DNA of 63,226 bases, filler included, from Octopus bimaculoides (lineage: Eukaryota), in assembly GCF_001194135.2 (NCBI RefSeq). It is 4 parts of 4 records of this genome, joined end to end, with 100 filler letters (N's around TTAATTAATTAA, not from the genome) between each part and the next. Parts side by side here need not be neighbours in the genome. Positions count along the whole stretch, not along the records: positions 31,362 to 53,620 come from NC_068988.1; 3 more parts are not named here. One strand, 5' to 3'. A model generated the notes under the pieces. The model was not told the origin of the DNA, searched no databases, and was given only the letters and a program-made list of their open reading frames with translations. Shown in pieces: positions 36,876 to 50,720 of this stretch. The stretch's first letter is position 1. Each line of letters starts with the position of its first letter. The position numbers were made by a program, and so were the translations under genes.

Positions 36876-39328
36876 TTAATAATATTGGCATAATGACTCT
36901 CTCTAAACGCAACAAGATTTGTTTCAACACACGGATTCACATAAAGAATCTTGCAAGCCAGATACTTAAAATGATAAACTTTTGGAAAGTTTTACTGATT
37001 TTTACAGTTCCAGTGATGACATGGAGCAGTAGTCTTCGAGTCGGCTTTCTCCTTTCTGATTTTTGCGAAGCCTGATTTATCAAGATTAGTAATTCGGCAG
37101 TGTGTTACATATGCTTTACTCCAATAATTACAGGTATCAACCCGAACTTATAACCTGAGTAGAGTAACTGCAGATTTCTCAATAGGTCAGCACGTATGTA
37201 TGTGTGTATGTATATAGGTATGTATGTATGTATGTTTATATGTATGTATGTATGTACGTATGTACGTACGTATGTATGTGTGTATGTATGTATGTATGTG
37301 TGTATGTGTGAGTGTTGATAGAACAAAGTGGAACAATATATTGAAGATAGAATCCAAGAGAACTATCCTCAATGTCGGTATAAATTGTTCTCTTCCAATG
37401 TTGTGGTGCCTTGCTTTAGCCCCAGATGAATTATGTTTCAGTTGATTTATTACCATATATTGCTATCGTGATATTTCTATTCTCTCTGAGTATTATATAC
37501 TTCACAAGCAATCGCTTGAAGATAAGATATGATTTGAGTGAATTTGAACCCAATTTATAGTATATCGAGATGTTTATAGAAAGTCCTACATCTGAGGACA
37601 AAATTCTCAAATCTGATTTGACTCAGCTTTCTTAAGGGTAATTACATGCCTCGTTGTAGGTGTAACCTGTAGCTGAGAGCAGCAAACAGCTTCACATGTT
37701 GGCTGCTGTTCGGAACCGAATTATCTTTTAATGACATCATACTCAGATACTCAACGCAGGATCGATATTACCTCAGTCACGCAAAACAGCTATGAACTAT
37801 TTAATTTTTAAACCTTTAAGTTTTAACTTTAATGCAAATTTATTCTTAGATTTCAACAATTTAAAATCTTGAGAACAATTACTAAATATCAAACAAACAA
37901 ACTGATCTAAATATTGCTGAATGCACGACTGTATAATGTGAAAAAAGTAGAGATTGTCAAGTAAACATGAAATCTGCATATTGGTTCGTGGATTGTAGAT
38001 TTTTATTTCCTACTGCCCATTTTACAATGATTAAATAAAATATTCTAATCTCAAAGAATATTTGATTTCTCTAAAGCCATAGAATTTGAAACAAAACTAT
38101 TATCAAACATTGTAGCAGGTAAACATAATGCCAAACATTAACTGGTAGATATAATTTGTTCCTATTTAATAGATTCTTAAAATCTGCCGGGCAGGTAAGT
38201 ACCGCTTACCGCTTTCTGTTTCTGTTATCTCAAGTTGTTAACCTACGACAAATAGTCCAGTTCCATTTCAGTTTCATTAAGCGTAGGAAACACAGACGCC
38301 GACGGAAATAATTTTGGAATGAGTGGGATGTATTTTTGAATTGGGATTAGAGAAGACACTGACAGCGAAAATGAGAGAACGAGACATAGATAAAGTGAGG
38401 GACAGAATCAAAGAAAGAGTGACAGACAGATATATAGAGAGACAGATAGATGTGGGTTTCGTGGACGGAGTGGGTGGGTGAAGTTTATTTTGAGTACAAA
38501 AGACAAAGAAAACATACACACTGCTGGTGTCCGAGAGAAAAAAAAGAACAAGAAACAAATGAGTGATTACGGGAATGCTGTCGATATGCGAGTACTTAAC
38601 AAGAGAAATCAACCCTATATTTAGGCGCCAACTGTCAGGACACAGAAGAAGATAAGATATTTGATAGGTGGCAAACTAGACAGCTAGAAATATATTTCCG
38701 TCTGATAATAAAATCTATCTTTCATTTTGTGTAAATGCAATAAATTTACAGCTATTCTGCATTTCTCTATTGCACATAGTATGTGTAACTTTTTTTCATA
38801 ATAACACTCTGCGAAAGAAACGAAAATAAGGAACAGAAACACAAAGTATATTCTTAAAGTATATTCAGGAGTTCCTCGCCAGGTAGAATGATGTAGATAT
38901 GGGAATAAAAAAAGAAAATATTGCTTTGTGAAAAACTGTGTGATTAAAACAAAAAAACTTCATGATGCCTTCAAATGGAAGACAGTTTAGCGTAAGTACG
39001 TGGGATTATATTTTACAGCCAAATGTGTGAGATAGGTAGGAGGCTAATTGAAATATATGTGTGTGTGTGGAAGTGGAAATTTGTGTGCATGTGTACGGCA
39101 ATATGTGAGTGAGTGTTCTGAGCAGAGGAAATTGACGTTCCCGTGCGCTTTTGTGCTGGTGGTATGAATAAGAGACAATGGTATGAGCATGAATATGTGG
39201 AAAAATGTGTAGGTTAAATTCAGTGTGTGTGCAGTGTAAAATAGGAAGGCAGTGTCGTTAGATAAAGATAATTTGATTATTAATCTCAGATCAATAGCTT
39301 GCGTGTAGGTAGAAAAGTCAATTCTTTA

Positions 39329-39740
39329 GGCATGGTTGTAAGGTAAGACGCTTGTTTCACAACCACATGGTTCCGGGTTGAGTCCTGCTACGTGGTATCT
39401 TGGGTAAGTGACTTCTGCTGTAGCCTCGGACCAAATAGTCTTGTGACTAGATTTCGTAGATGGACACTGAAAGAAAACCTTCATATATGTGAGTATGTAT
39501 CTTAGTGTGTGTCTGTGTGTCTGCGTGTGTGTATCTTCGTTTCTGTGTTTGTCACACATAACCGCTTGACAACCGGAGTTAGTGTGTTTACATTACTGAA
39601 AATTAGCAGTTAAGCGAGGGATCTATAGAATAAGTACGAAGCTTAGAAAATATACTGGGATCGATTCATTCGACTAAAAATTCTTCAAAGTGGTGCCCCA
39701 GCATGCCAGCAGTCTATTCACTGAAACAAGTAAAAGACAA
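39329..39740 (+). mobile_element. CORE-type SINE, full length, diverged
   Basis: Homologous end to end with 7236-7616. Confidence 0.85.
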
Positions 39741-41278
39741 TAGATAAATGAAACACAGAAGATATATGGATTTAAATAACAGGCAGTCAGCTTGATGCAG
39801 TCGGTGGGGCGTAGCGAATTGAAGCGACGAGTTGTTGTCCTGATTGATCCGGGGTGTTGATGCACCACACGTGGAAAATGTGTTTTGTAAAACGATATCT
39901 ATCATCAAACCTTTAAATACAATATAAAGCGAAACGACCTACATACCTGATATTTCAGATGGTAATGTTTCAATAACATTATTAAACTAATTGGTGAAAT
40001 GGAGGAATGGAACAGGTGAAAATGTAGGTAAGCATTTCAAATATAAAACGAAAAAAAAGCATTTTTCAGTAAGAAAACGCCATAGTGTGCTTACATGATA
40101 TGCGTATGTTATAACGACCAGAGTAGTCGCAGAGAAATATTGCAAGATATTAAGATAACTGAACCTAAAATCTGTTGCAGTTGTACAGTGTAACAGAGCC
40201 GTGAAACCTATCATGAAATGAATTCCAAGCACGGCCAAAAGATTTTTCTAGAAGTTTTCATTTTATATAGTAGAATAACATCTAAATGATATTTGGCGGT
40301 ATCATGTCCAACGAATTGAGCAATCAAGAAGAGGATCACTCACTGACTCGTGGTATCTTTGTGTTGTTTGTTAGAACAGTTTATTCTGAGACTAATTTTC
40401 AATTGGCTTCGAATAATAAGTACAAAATATCCTCTCAGAGGCATATATGTGTATATGGGAAATAATATGTGATTCCAATACTATCATCTGTATGATAGCT
40501 TTATATATGTGGAAACTCTTCAGTGATTTGCATAAAACAATTTATATGACAAGATTTATGATATTTGTGAATTCTTTAGTTTCAGTTGTATTTAATAACA
40601 AATAATTTATTTGGCAGTATTTATCAATTTAGGCAAGTTTATCCAGCCATAAACTCTCACGCTTGTGTAATATATGTAAGATAATTCAAAGTCAATATCT
40701 GTGTGTGTATGAGTGTATGTGTGAGTGTGTATGTGTATGTGAGTGTGTGAGTGTGTCTTTGTGCGTGTGTATGTGTGTGTGTGGGGGGGTGTAGCTGTTA
40801 TCATAGAAATAATCGCATTTAGAATTTCAGCGTATGAAATTATCTTTGGTTTTCCACTTTATTTTCCTTTCCACCGATCCAGGCGTATCTATCTCTTAGA
40901 TTTTAACTATAATATACAGCCCAAATAATTGTCAGTTAAATATTGCTGCTATCATTTCGATTTTACGCTTAAACTGGAAGAAATTGCAGCAATACGAAAA
41001 AAGGAAATGCAAAGTCATCCAGGTAAAAATGAAATGCTCAATCCGTAAGTGCAAACAAAACTATCAAAAGAAATTTCAGTTATACATTCTAATGTTTCGA
41101 TATTTCAATAAGTGAATGGTAATGTTTTAATACATCTATTATACTTTTCGAACAATCGTACTATCGATTATTTTAGACAATTGGTGCATATTTTGGTGTG
41201 ATGTTCCGAAATTAGTTTTTGACATTATCTTTAAGATATAGGTCAATAACAGAATTGAGTTCTCAACTTTCATAATAC

Positions 41279-41324
<46 letters not shown>

Positions 41325-41776
41325 TATATATATATATAAGCATACATACATAATATATCTATCTATCTATATATACATATATATGTACGCATGCATTTAT
41401 GTATGTATGCATGCAAGTATACATTTATGTATATATGTATGTATGCATATATATTCGTATGTATATCTGAATATATGTACGAATACACATCACATGCTAA
41501 GAAAATATGTATTAATGAGTACATATAAACACATACACACATATGTAAATGTAGGAAAATCGGGAGAGAAAGAAATAGAAAACTGGGAGAAGGAATATCA
41601 TCATTTATACCAATTATAATGAATATGAAATATGCTAATTTCTTTAAACTAACATGTAAATTGCATCAAGTTGAGACGAGCATAAGCCTGTTCAAATTTT
41701 AGTGAGTTGAAAGAGGCTAAAAGTAAAAAAAAATATTATTTATAGGTGGGCTATGAACTCATTACACAGATTATAT

Positions 41777-41817
<41 letters not shown>

Positions 41818-41818
41818 G

Positions 41819-42250
41819 TGATGAGTATTCCCTGCGATCATAATATAGCGGCGAAAGAATTTGACAAGATCAGTAAATATAAAGACTTGCTAATAGAAAT
41901 TGAAAATAATGTGGCACCTCAAGGCGACTACCGTACCAGTGATTGTAGGGTCTCTAGGAATGATAAAAAAAAGTTACTTAAACCTATTTGAAAATGATAC
42001 CAGGTTTACCATCTCTACAGGAAGTGCAAAAAATCGTGTTAACTGGAACGACTCATGTACTGAGAAGAGCATTATCGCTGTGAAAATAACATCCATTCAT
42101 GAATTTTTTTTTTTTCTTAAATGCATGTTTTAGCTGTGAATTTGCGTGTGTAAACTGGGAATGCATACAACGAGTTTCTCTTCCCTAGGTGTACGGAAAA
42201 CACTCGGTGAGAAATGGAAGAAAATTTGAAGAAAGAAGAATAAAAAACAA
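41819..42250 (+). mobile_element. R4/Dong LINE 3' end (RLE C-terminus and 3' UTR)
   Basis: KISKYKDLLIEI..MWHLKATTVPVIVGSLG..LQEVQKIVLTGTTHVLRRAL; preceded by (AAT)n. Confidence 0.85.
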
Positions 42251-42269
42251 CATAATAACAATAATAATA

Positions 42270-44340
42270 GCCAATACAGAAGGTTGCCAAGTAGTGAAAT
42301 AATGAAGGCAATTCAACCTCAGTCTAGCTAAAAATACCAGGGAATACTTGAAGGCAGATGAAATCAAACACCACGACAAACAGAGAGTAATAGCGGCGAA
42401 TGCGAAAATATTGGCTTCAAAGCAGAATGTCAGGAACATAATTACGGTGATAAACTCGCGCGCAGTCGCAGTAGTTTGGTATGGCGCAAGAATCCCGAAG
42501 TCGATAGAGGGGGAGCTAAAGGAGATGGACGAGAAGTCAAGAAAGCTCCTAACGATGCATGGAGCCCATTCATCCACGTGCACACACTGATCACGTATAC
42601 ACAAAGAGAGCAAATGAATGGAAGGAACCGATAAGTGTGGAAAACTGCGTGCGTGTCTAACAGGAGAGCTTAATGAAATACCTAGCGCAAAGTAAGGAAA
42701 ACTTGACCGAAAAGAAAAAGTGGAGCTTAAAAGTGAACAAAAATACAGGGCGCTGAAAAGGAAGTAGAATATTGAAGCAAAGGGCCTGAAAGTGGTAATG
42801 GAAGAATTGAAACAGCGCCTTTATGCACAGAATGCAAAGATGGTAAGGTATGACCAAAGAATGAAGGGGCACACCAGAATAGGTTATTCACAGTAGATAA
42901 GAAGAGATTCTATAAAGAAATAAACGAAGAATGTACAGATGAAAAGTTGATACCAGATAACAATGGAAGTCAAAGGTTTATTCATGGATGACCTCAAATT
43001 TTATAGCAAATATGAATGCCAATTCAGTTCCCTCGTTCATACGGTGTATTCTTTCAGCGCTGATACCAGAATGGTGTTTGACAGAAAAAGTGTAGCGTGT
43101 TAGTCTTGAAGAGAGGCAACATCAAATGTATGAACGAACTATCGAGACTTTCGCGGGAGGTTATGAAGCAGATAGAAGTGACGGGCTATAAAGTACTAGA
43201 GGATATTGGAAATGGATAAATTGATAGACTGATGCTTAAGGGGAAATGAAACGAACGGAATAAGATTGAAGCTATCAACCCCCGGGCGGTTTCTTTATTT
43301 AGATATGAAGCAGGGGTAATCATATGGACAGTAAACGAACTAAAGAGCTTAGACAGAAAGACAAGGATGTTGCTGACTATATATGGGACACTCCATCCAG
43401 TATTATTGGAAGTAAGAAGGTCAGGCTTTTGTAGGATGAAAGATTGGAAAGATAAAGAATTGTACAGGCACTTGAAAATTAATGAAACTGAAAATAGGTA
43501 GATAAAGAAAAGAGTGCATGGAAAATTTCATATGGATGTTGAAGATAAGACAGACTGAGAAAAAAGAAGACTATGGATGACTAAAACAGATTTAAAACCG
43601 GAAACGGAGGAGCTAATCTGTGCTACCCAAGAGCAAGCATTAAGAGCCAATTAAATAAAATACAAAATAGACAACACATCAGACAGTGCTAAGTGCATAA
43701 TTTGTGGACAAAATGGTGAAAACGATAGGTATTTTATCACTCAATGCACTCAATGTACGCCACTCGCCCAGAAAGAATATAAGAGACGTCATGACAATAT
43801 AACAAGGATAGGATTGTCCATTGGACGCTTTGGAATAAGTATGGACAGAGCAAAAATGTAGTACGAACATAAACCCGAAGGCATCATCGAAAATCCTATG
43901 GGATTTTATGATTAAGTGAGACCATGAGATAGAAAACAGGAAATCAGACATAGTATTAATTGAGAAAGAAAGCAAACAATGCTGGATCATAGATATAGCA
44001 TGCTCAGCTGACAACAAATTATGCGATATGGAGGAAAGAAAAGTCGATAGATATGACAGGTTAATTTGGAAGGTTAAGAAGTTGTGGTTGCTGACAAAGG
44101 TACCAATAATTGTCAGAGCCCTGGAAACAGTACGTAAAAATCTTGAGAAGCACATGGAACAAATAAGGGCTGCAATAAGGATGGAGCACTTGCAGAAAAA
44201 CAGCACTGCTTGGAACCGCTTGAATACTCCGGAAAGTGCTTGAAAAGCTAGGGATGTTACATTAGTACACTGGTAGTGAATAGCTGGCATTGTAGTACAT
44301 CTCCAGCGTTAGAAGCTGTGCAAAGACAATAAATAACAAT
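42270..44340 (+). mobile_element. Scrambled and deleted R4/Dong LINE (thumb, pre-RT, RT, CCHC, RLE)
   Basis: INSRAVAVV.YGA and KLLTMHGAH; EELKQRL and KKRFYKEIN; LFMDDLKFY; LICATQEQAL, KCIICGQ and YKRRHDNI; RKSDIVLIEK..WIIDIAC. Confidence 0.9.
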
Positions 44341-44593
44341 AATAGTAATATGTTATCGATAACACAATATCCTCTTCCACAAAATTTGAAGTCAGAATAT
44401 AATTCAGAAGAAATACCGTGTCGTACTTTTTTTCTGAAGCAACCGCAATTCTGCTAGATTGCCGCCTAGACAATAATAATGAGTTCAAATGGTCACATGA
44501 TCACAAAATTTATGGAGGAAACAAGTCGATTATATCACTCCAGTACCTAGCTGGTACAATTAGAATGACATGATACACTATGTCCACAATATG

Positions 44594-44745
44594 GGCGCAG
44601 GTGTGACTGTGTGGTAAGAAGCTTGTATTCCAACCACATGGTACAGTTTTCAGTCCCACTCCGTGGCGCATTAGGCAACTATTTTCTACTATATACACGC
44701 GCCGGCCAAAGACTCATCAGTGGATTTTCTAAACGGAAACTGACT

Positions 44746-44760
<15 letters not shown>
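44594..44760 (+). mobile_element. CORE-type SINE 5' half
   Basis: GGCGCAGGTGTGACTGTGTGGTAAG..CAACCACATGG. Confidence 0.8.
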
Positions 44761-44832
<72 letters not shown>

Positions 44833-45449
44833 NNNNNNNNNNNNNNNNNNNNNNNNNNNNNNNNNNNNNNNNNNNNNNNNNNNNNNNNNNNNNNNNNNNN
44901 NNNNNNNNNNNNNNNNNNNNNNNNNNNNNNNNNNNNNNNNNNNNNNNNNNNNNNNNNNNNNNNNNNNNNNGCAGAAGAGCTTGATAGAAGTACTGTTAGA
45001 AACGTTAGAATTTTTAAACATCTACTACACTAAACGAATAGCCTTCGCACTCGGTCACGTCCAAGAGCACGAGATTATTTCTGGTTCCAATATGATGGCT
45101 CGCATCACGAAATCTACACATTTTCGAAACTACATAGCAATTCCGCATGACTTACATGACTTAGAGATAAATAGAACAGGCATCCACCGAAAAGGGGCGC
45201 AAAATATCGCAAATAGAAGATTCTGCTCTTGTTGATTAATGAAAACAAAAACAAACCTACTTTCATAAATTCTGCGGGACGGACGTTCCGTCTTTCTCTC
45301 ATTAGATGTGTGTGTTTTTCCTGGTAGGTTTTCTCGAATATTTCTATTGATATTGCCTTTGAAGTCTACTAACTTCATCAGAATAATTTTTTTTCATGGG
45401 GCTGTATATATTTGTGTTGTATGGATGATTTTTATGCATTTTAATGCGC

Positions 45450-46200
45450 AATTTGTTAGTCTCATGATGTACGTCTAGTAATGTTTGTATGTTGATGCAC
45501 GTTTCATCAATTCATTCTTCTTTTTGAATATGATGTAGTTTATATTATTTGCAGTTGTTGTTCCGGTAACTGGCACAGATTGGGTTTTAATGTTGTATAT
45601 AATGATAATTGTCTGTGGTGGTAAGGGATCGTTTCTTCTCCGTTTCAACTGCTGACCGTTTTTATTTGTATTTCTTCTTTCTCCGTTTTCCTTGTTTATT
45701 ACTTTTTTCGCTTTGTTTACTTCTTCGTCTCCTTTGTCACACATGTTTATATCGTCCCAAATGGAAGGGACATGGCTTGGGAATCATTGTCTTTTTTTTC
45801 TGTTGTTGTTGTTGCTGTTTAGGGCGTTTTGGGAATCAGTCATTTTGTTCTGCTGTTGTTGTTGTTTAGGGCGTTTTGTTGGTGATTTCGTGGCTCTTGT
45901 CAGCGGTGTTTCACTTGTTGCATTTGTTGTTTCTATCACTGTTGCAGTTACTGCCGGTCTTCAGTCTCCCCTCATCTGCTGTGGACTGAAAACTTTGAAA
46001 TTGGTTGTACCCGAACAAGTCGCACCTGGTGTTTCCTGCTGCAATGTTCACGTAGAGGTGAGTCCTCTGGCATATTAGTCAAGGCCGGGATGGATTCTGT
46101 GTGTTTTGATACTGTTGGATCAATAGTGCCTATTCGTTATTTTCTCCCAGTTCTTTTCAACCTGTAGATTTGTACCAACCAGAACCCAAGCAATTTCACA
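45450..46200 (-). pseudogene. Possible degenerate non-LTR ORF1 (gag-like, zinc-knuckle remnant)
   Basis: EIAWVLV, SPLREHCSRKHQVR (CxxC-H-like with CGT/TGT decay), and a Q/N/K/T-rich tail with a ~50-bp tandem duplication at 45779-45878. Confidence 0.3.
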
Positions 46201-46478
46201 TACGTAGAAATCAGTTGTAATTATAGAGAAGAAAACGAAAACGCAAAGACTACGATACGGTTTTCATAAAGCCAAATAATTGCCGCGTAGTTACAGGGTT
46301 TTCAGATCGGAAAGTAGTATGGAGCAGGTCTATGACAACATATTATGTCATAAAATAGGAAATACTTTTAAAACATTGCCGATTCAAGTGAAATATGTCA
46401 GTTCAATAGGAATTAATTGCAATAAAGGAGAATGTGTTTCAAAATACATGAGAAAATTAAATATATGTCTTTACTTAC

Positions 46479-46561
46479 ATTTTCACTAAACTACAGATTT
46501 ATAGGAATTGTGCGTATACAAAGTAAATTCAGTAAAAACTTAATTCCGAATTATTTCATCA
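46479..46561 (-). other. Candidate exon with strong splice sites; all frames stop
   Basis: TTATTGCTTTTTCAG acceptor and AAT|GTAAGT donor; after 47331-47433 it would read ..ECDEIIRN*. Confidence 0.3.
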
Positions 46562-46959
46562 CTGAAAAAGCAATAAACGTGAAATGAACAGAGAAGTTTC
46601 AATTTAGAACATAAAAGGGAGCAGCTGAATATTAAAATGAATTATGACCATAATTCTAGCTTCCCTGCAATTCTACATCGACCAAAAAATTGGAAGGAAC
46701 ATATTGGTGAGTGTTTGATTTATAAGAGCGGGAATCGAAACTGGCGTACACAGTCTTAAATATACTATTAAGGAAAAACGAACATCGGCTGAAGACGGTT
46801 GCAGTATAATTGATTCATAACATTGTTCGATCATAACTGATCCAAACGAGCGATGAACATTCTTTGAAGCCAGCCTTGAAGTGATAACTCTACTTCATGG
46901 AAAGAGCAGTAAAATATAATCACCATAAAACATACCATCAAATCTACCTCACCTCTCTC

Positions 46960-47275
46960 TCTTTATAGCAAAACCAACATGATATTGCTACCGCACCCGT
47001 CCTATTCATCAGAAAATGCACCTGCATTGTTCCATCACTTTTCCAAGATGAAAACGCAGCTCAAATGTCGCCGTTTCAAGACCAGAGCGATTCGCAGAAG
47101 GTCCTCGACCCGCATACGGAAAATGACCTCCAAGCCGGATTCCAAAAGTGACAACAACGCTATGTGTAATGCTGTGCAAGGTGACTATTTCGAAGGAGAT
47201 GATTTTAAAACTTAGATAAATAAGTTATTTTTATTAAACATATCTAGTTCTGGAATGCTTTGATACCGCCCCGTA
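46960..47275 (+). mobile_element. Mariner 3' fragment with TIR
   Basis: LPHPSYS, FSKMKTQLKCRRF and QGDYFEGD; TIR AGTTCTGGAATGCTTTGATACCGCCCCG followed by TA. Confidence 0.85.
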
Positions 47276-47330
47276 TCCCCTACTAATGCTGATGCTTATT
47301 TATCTCAGTGTCGCTACCGTAAACTCTCAC

Positions 47331-47433
47331 CATTCTGGGAAAGTTAGCTGTTTACTAACTCTATGTACACTCATAGTACAGAAATGTTTATCATACAGTT
47401 TATAGTTCGGCTTTATCTCACCACAGACTGGTA
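47331..47433 (-). CDS. Candidate exon (PVCGEIKPNYKLYDKHFCTMSVHRVSKQLTFPE), unidentified
   Basis: TTTATTATTTCTTCAG acceptor, ATG|GTGAGA donor, 103 nt, only one frame open. Confidence 0.4.
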
Positions 47434-48808
47434 CTGAAGAAATAATAAAATTAGACGAAGTGGAGTAGCTTTTGAAATAGACAGGAATAAATGCGCCTTC
47501 AGTATTCAGAGTGACTTTGCATCTGCAAGTTTCTTCCAAAGCTAGCAGCCCCAAGATATACAATGAAAACATCGACAACTATCGTTCGAGATAGTTGTCT
47601 GGTCTAAGAAAAAGCTTCAAACTTCATTCCTCTCCCTCTTCAAATAAATATAATCAATGGCCGCTCCAGAATTTATAGAATATAGAATTATATAACAATA
47701 ATGATATAGTTTTTTAGATGATATATATCTAATAAATTATCTTTATCTAAAGATTATCGTAGAGAGTTTGAGGAAAAAGCATTTATTTTTCTGCGTGTAT
47801 AGTCAAAATGGCAACAATTAACTAAAGTTTATGATCATTTTCTGTCTATATCTGCGCCATGTTTTATATTCCAAGATAACAGTTATTCACATACAGAATC
47901 GATGCTTCGCTTCACAGTATTACGTGTACGGGCTAATACTAACGATTAGTTTGAATGATAGTTACTGATTCCACCTGTGTCTTTATTTCGCAATAAATCA
48001 TTGTACGTCACCCTATATTCCTTCTTACTTGCTTAGATATATTCATATAGTTAACTAGCGTCATGCACAGTCATTTCTTCTTTTATTTTTAGGCATTTTC
48101 TTAGAAGTTATTTGCATTGACAAGAAAAGTATCATAGTTAAATAATTTGATACTGACGTATAATATATTCTGTTGATCTCTCTGACACTCACAGTCCCAT
48201 GGAGTCCACGAAGATTTTATTTAATAGATAGTTTACAGTGGCAACAAGAGTTTATGTATTTTGAAAGATAATAAGTCAATACTAAAGCGCAATTTTATTT
48301 GACGTAAGAGAAAGAACATTTTTTAAAGAGGCATAACAATATTGGATATTTTGCCATATGTGGGTGTGATGAGTGAGTGAGAGAGAGAGAGAGAGAGAGA
48401 GAGAAAGGGGAGAGACAGAAAAAATGATAACTGAGAAAAGAGAAGAAAAATAATTTTAAATGTCACCAACTCTTCAAGGATTGATGTCCAGAAATAAATC
48501 CATACATGAAAGAAAATATCTGGTTTGATATCTGTTCTACTGAACCAGCAAACTGATAGTTTCATCGACTACTAAAATATATATCTAATTCATATTCAAA
48601 TATCATCGACACGAACGACTGAAGAATAAATTGCCATCTTAAGTACCTTTATGAGTTAATTATATTTCAAACATTTTTAGAACGATATTTTTGAAATATT
48701 ACTTATTTATTTCCAATAAAGATTTTTCGCAAATTCGCTTCATTCCAAATATATGACAATTAAATACAGGCACACGTAGATACGTACATACACACTCATA
48801 TATATATA

Positions 48809-48840
<32 letters not shown>

Positions 48841-50093
48841 NNNNNNNNNNNNNNNNNNNNNNNNNNNNNNNNNNNNNNNNNNNNNNNNNNNNNNNNNNNN
48901 NNNNNNNNNNNNNNNNNNNNNNNNNNNNNNNNNNNNNNNNNNNNNNNNNNNNNNNNNNNNNNNNNNNNNNNNNNNNNNNNNNNNNNNNNNNNNNNNNNNN
49001 NNNNNNNNNNNNNNNNNNNNNNNNNNNNNNNNNNNNNNNNNNNNNNNNNNNNNNNNNNNNNNNNNNNNNNNNNNNNNNNNNNNNNNNNNATATATATATG
49101 ATTGTATGTTTTTGTGAGTGTGTGCATATTTGTGTATTGTGATTTTCACTTCACTTTTTCTTCTGTAGTGCGTGTCATCGCTCTCTATTTCTCTGTTACC
49201 TTGCACTAGTATTTTTTATCTCATTTAATTTCTATAGATTTCAATTACCATATTGTATTGACATTATTAGCATATCTCAGAATACCGAGTACCCTTATTA
49301 CTAATTCTTCTCTCATACATCCGACTCATCACTTGTCGCTTATATTTTTCTCACTGAGTGAGTGACGAGAAACGTGAGAAAATGAGAAATGGATTTAGAC
49401 ATGACAAGGAAAGGAATGCATTTGTTGCATTGGAGCCATGAAAATGTATCCAGTACGCTCCATAAATTGGATGATGCATCATAGGAGTGTCATCCAGTCT
49501 TAAGACCCGAATAGGTAAACAGTATTTCTGCATGTGTTAATTCCGACCGTAGCAAACCGTCTCAACCATGCCCCCCCCCACATACACACGCGCGTACACG
49601 AAAACCGACACATATGTGTGTATATATATATATGCACACTCACACACGCCATACATGTCATATGCATCCTTGATGAGACAAATTGATTTTATGAAGTGCA
49701 ACTTTCTTTCTGCCTGGTTTACCGAGCTATTCTACAAAGGCTGCTACAACAAATACAAGCAAATACGTAGATATCCTACTTTACTCTAGTTCACTGGTTT
49801 TTATCGAAAGCAGAAATGCATGGGCGAAATTATTGTAAAGATCAACATGTTTATGCTAATTCATACTATATCTTCAAACCTCATGCCCAAAGCCCGACAA
49901 TAATTGCAAAGAAAAACATTTTCTTCGAGTCATGCTTTTAAAATATATCAAAATATTTGTCGAGAAACTGCAATAGCTTTCCTAGGGAATCAATCAATAC
50001 AATTTGTCGTGTTACCTTTCTTGCGCTCTTTCATAGCTTTTATAAAAGTGAACCAATCGTTTACTACATCTTCCTTTCGCTGTCCAAACACAC

Positions 50094-50153
<60 letters not shown>

Positions 50154-50529
50154 GCGCACGCACGCACACAAAAGGAAAACGTTCGAGTTTATTTTTTATG
50201 TCGAGACAGTACAAATTCCAAGGTTCCCAATCTTATACGAACGTGGATATGACAACAGCTTGGTACGCTATAATCTTTCGTCTTCGAAGTAAGTTCTTTG
50301 TTTTTGAATACACGTTATGTTTCATTGATGAACAGAAGTTCTGAATCATGCAAAAAAGAACCATTTTCATCAAGTAAGAATTAAACATTGTGAACATCTC
50401 AAAACAAGTACATACATGACTCTACCGACCCAAATTCGTTAGAGTGTATATAAATATCTATATATGTGTGTATGTGTGTGTATGTGTGATTGTGTGTTTG
50501 CATGTGCGTGTGTATATGTATATATGTAT

Positions 50530-50720
50530 ACTCTTTCTTTGTTTTATTTGTTGCCGTCATTAGTCTGCGGCCATGCTGGAATGCCACCTTGAAGAATTTC
50601 AAAGGAATCGATCTCAATACTTAATTCTTTAAGTTTGGTACTTCATCTCAAGATCGAACCGCTAAGTTCCTGAACGTAAGCACAACACTGGCTGTCAATC
50701 TGTGCTGGGGGTGGTGACAC
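50530..50720 (-). mobile_element. CORE-type SINE 3' half
   Basis: GCGGCCATGCTGGAATGCCACC..CGAACCGCTAAGTT. Confidence 0.75.

Noticed and set aside
47574-47599. 10-bp perfect hairpin GACAACTATC-GTTCGA-GATAGTTGTC
   Set aside because: Isolated and near chance expectation for 63 kb; no U-tract or family context
50205-50295. Plus-strand exon-like block ending CGAA|GTAAGT
   Set aside because: Weak acceptor, several frames open and no recognisable product
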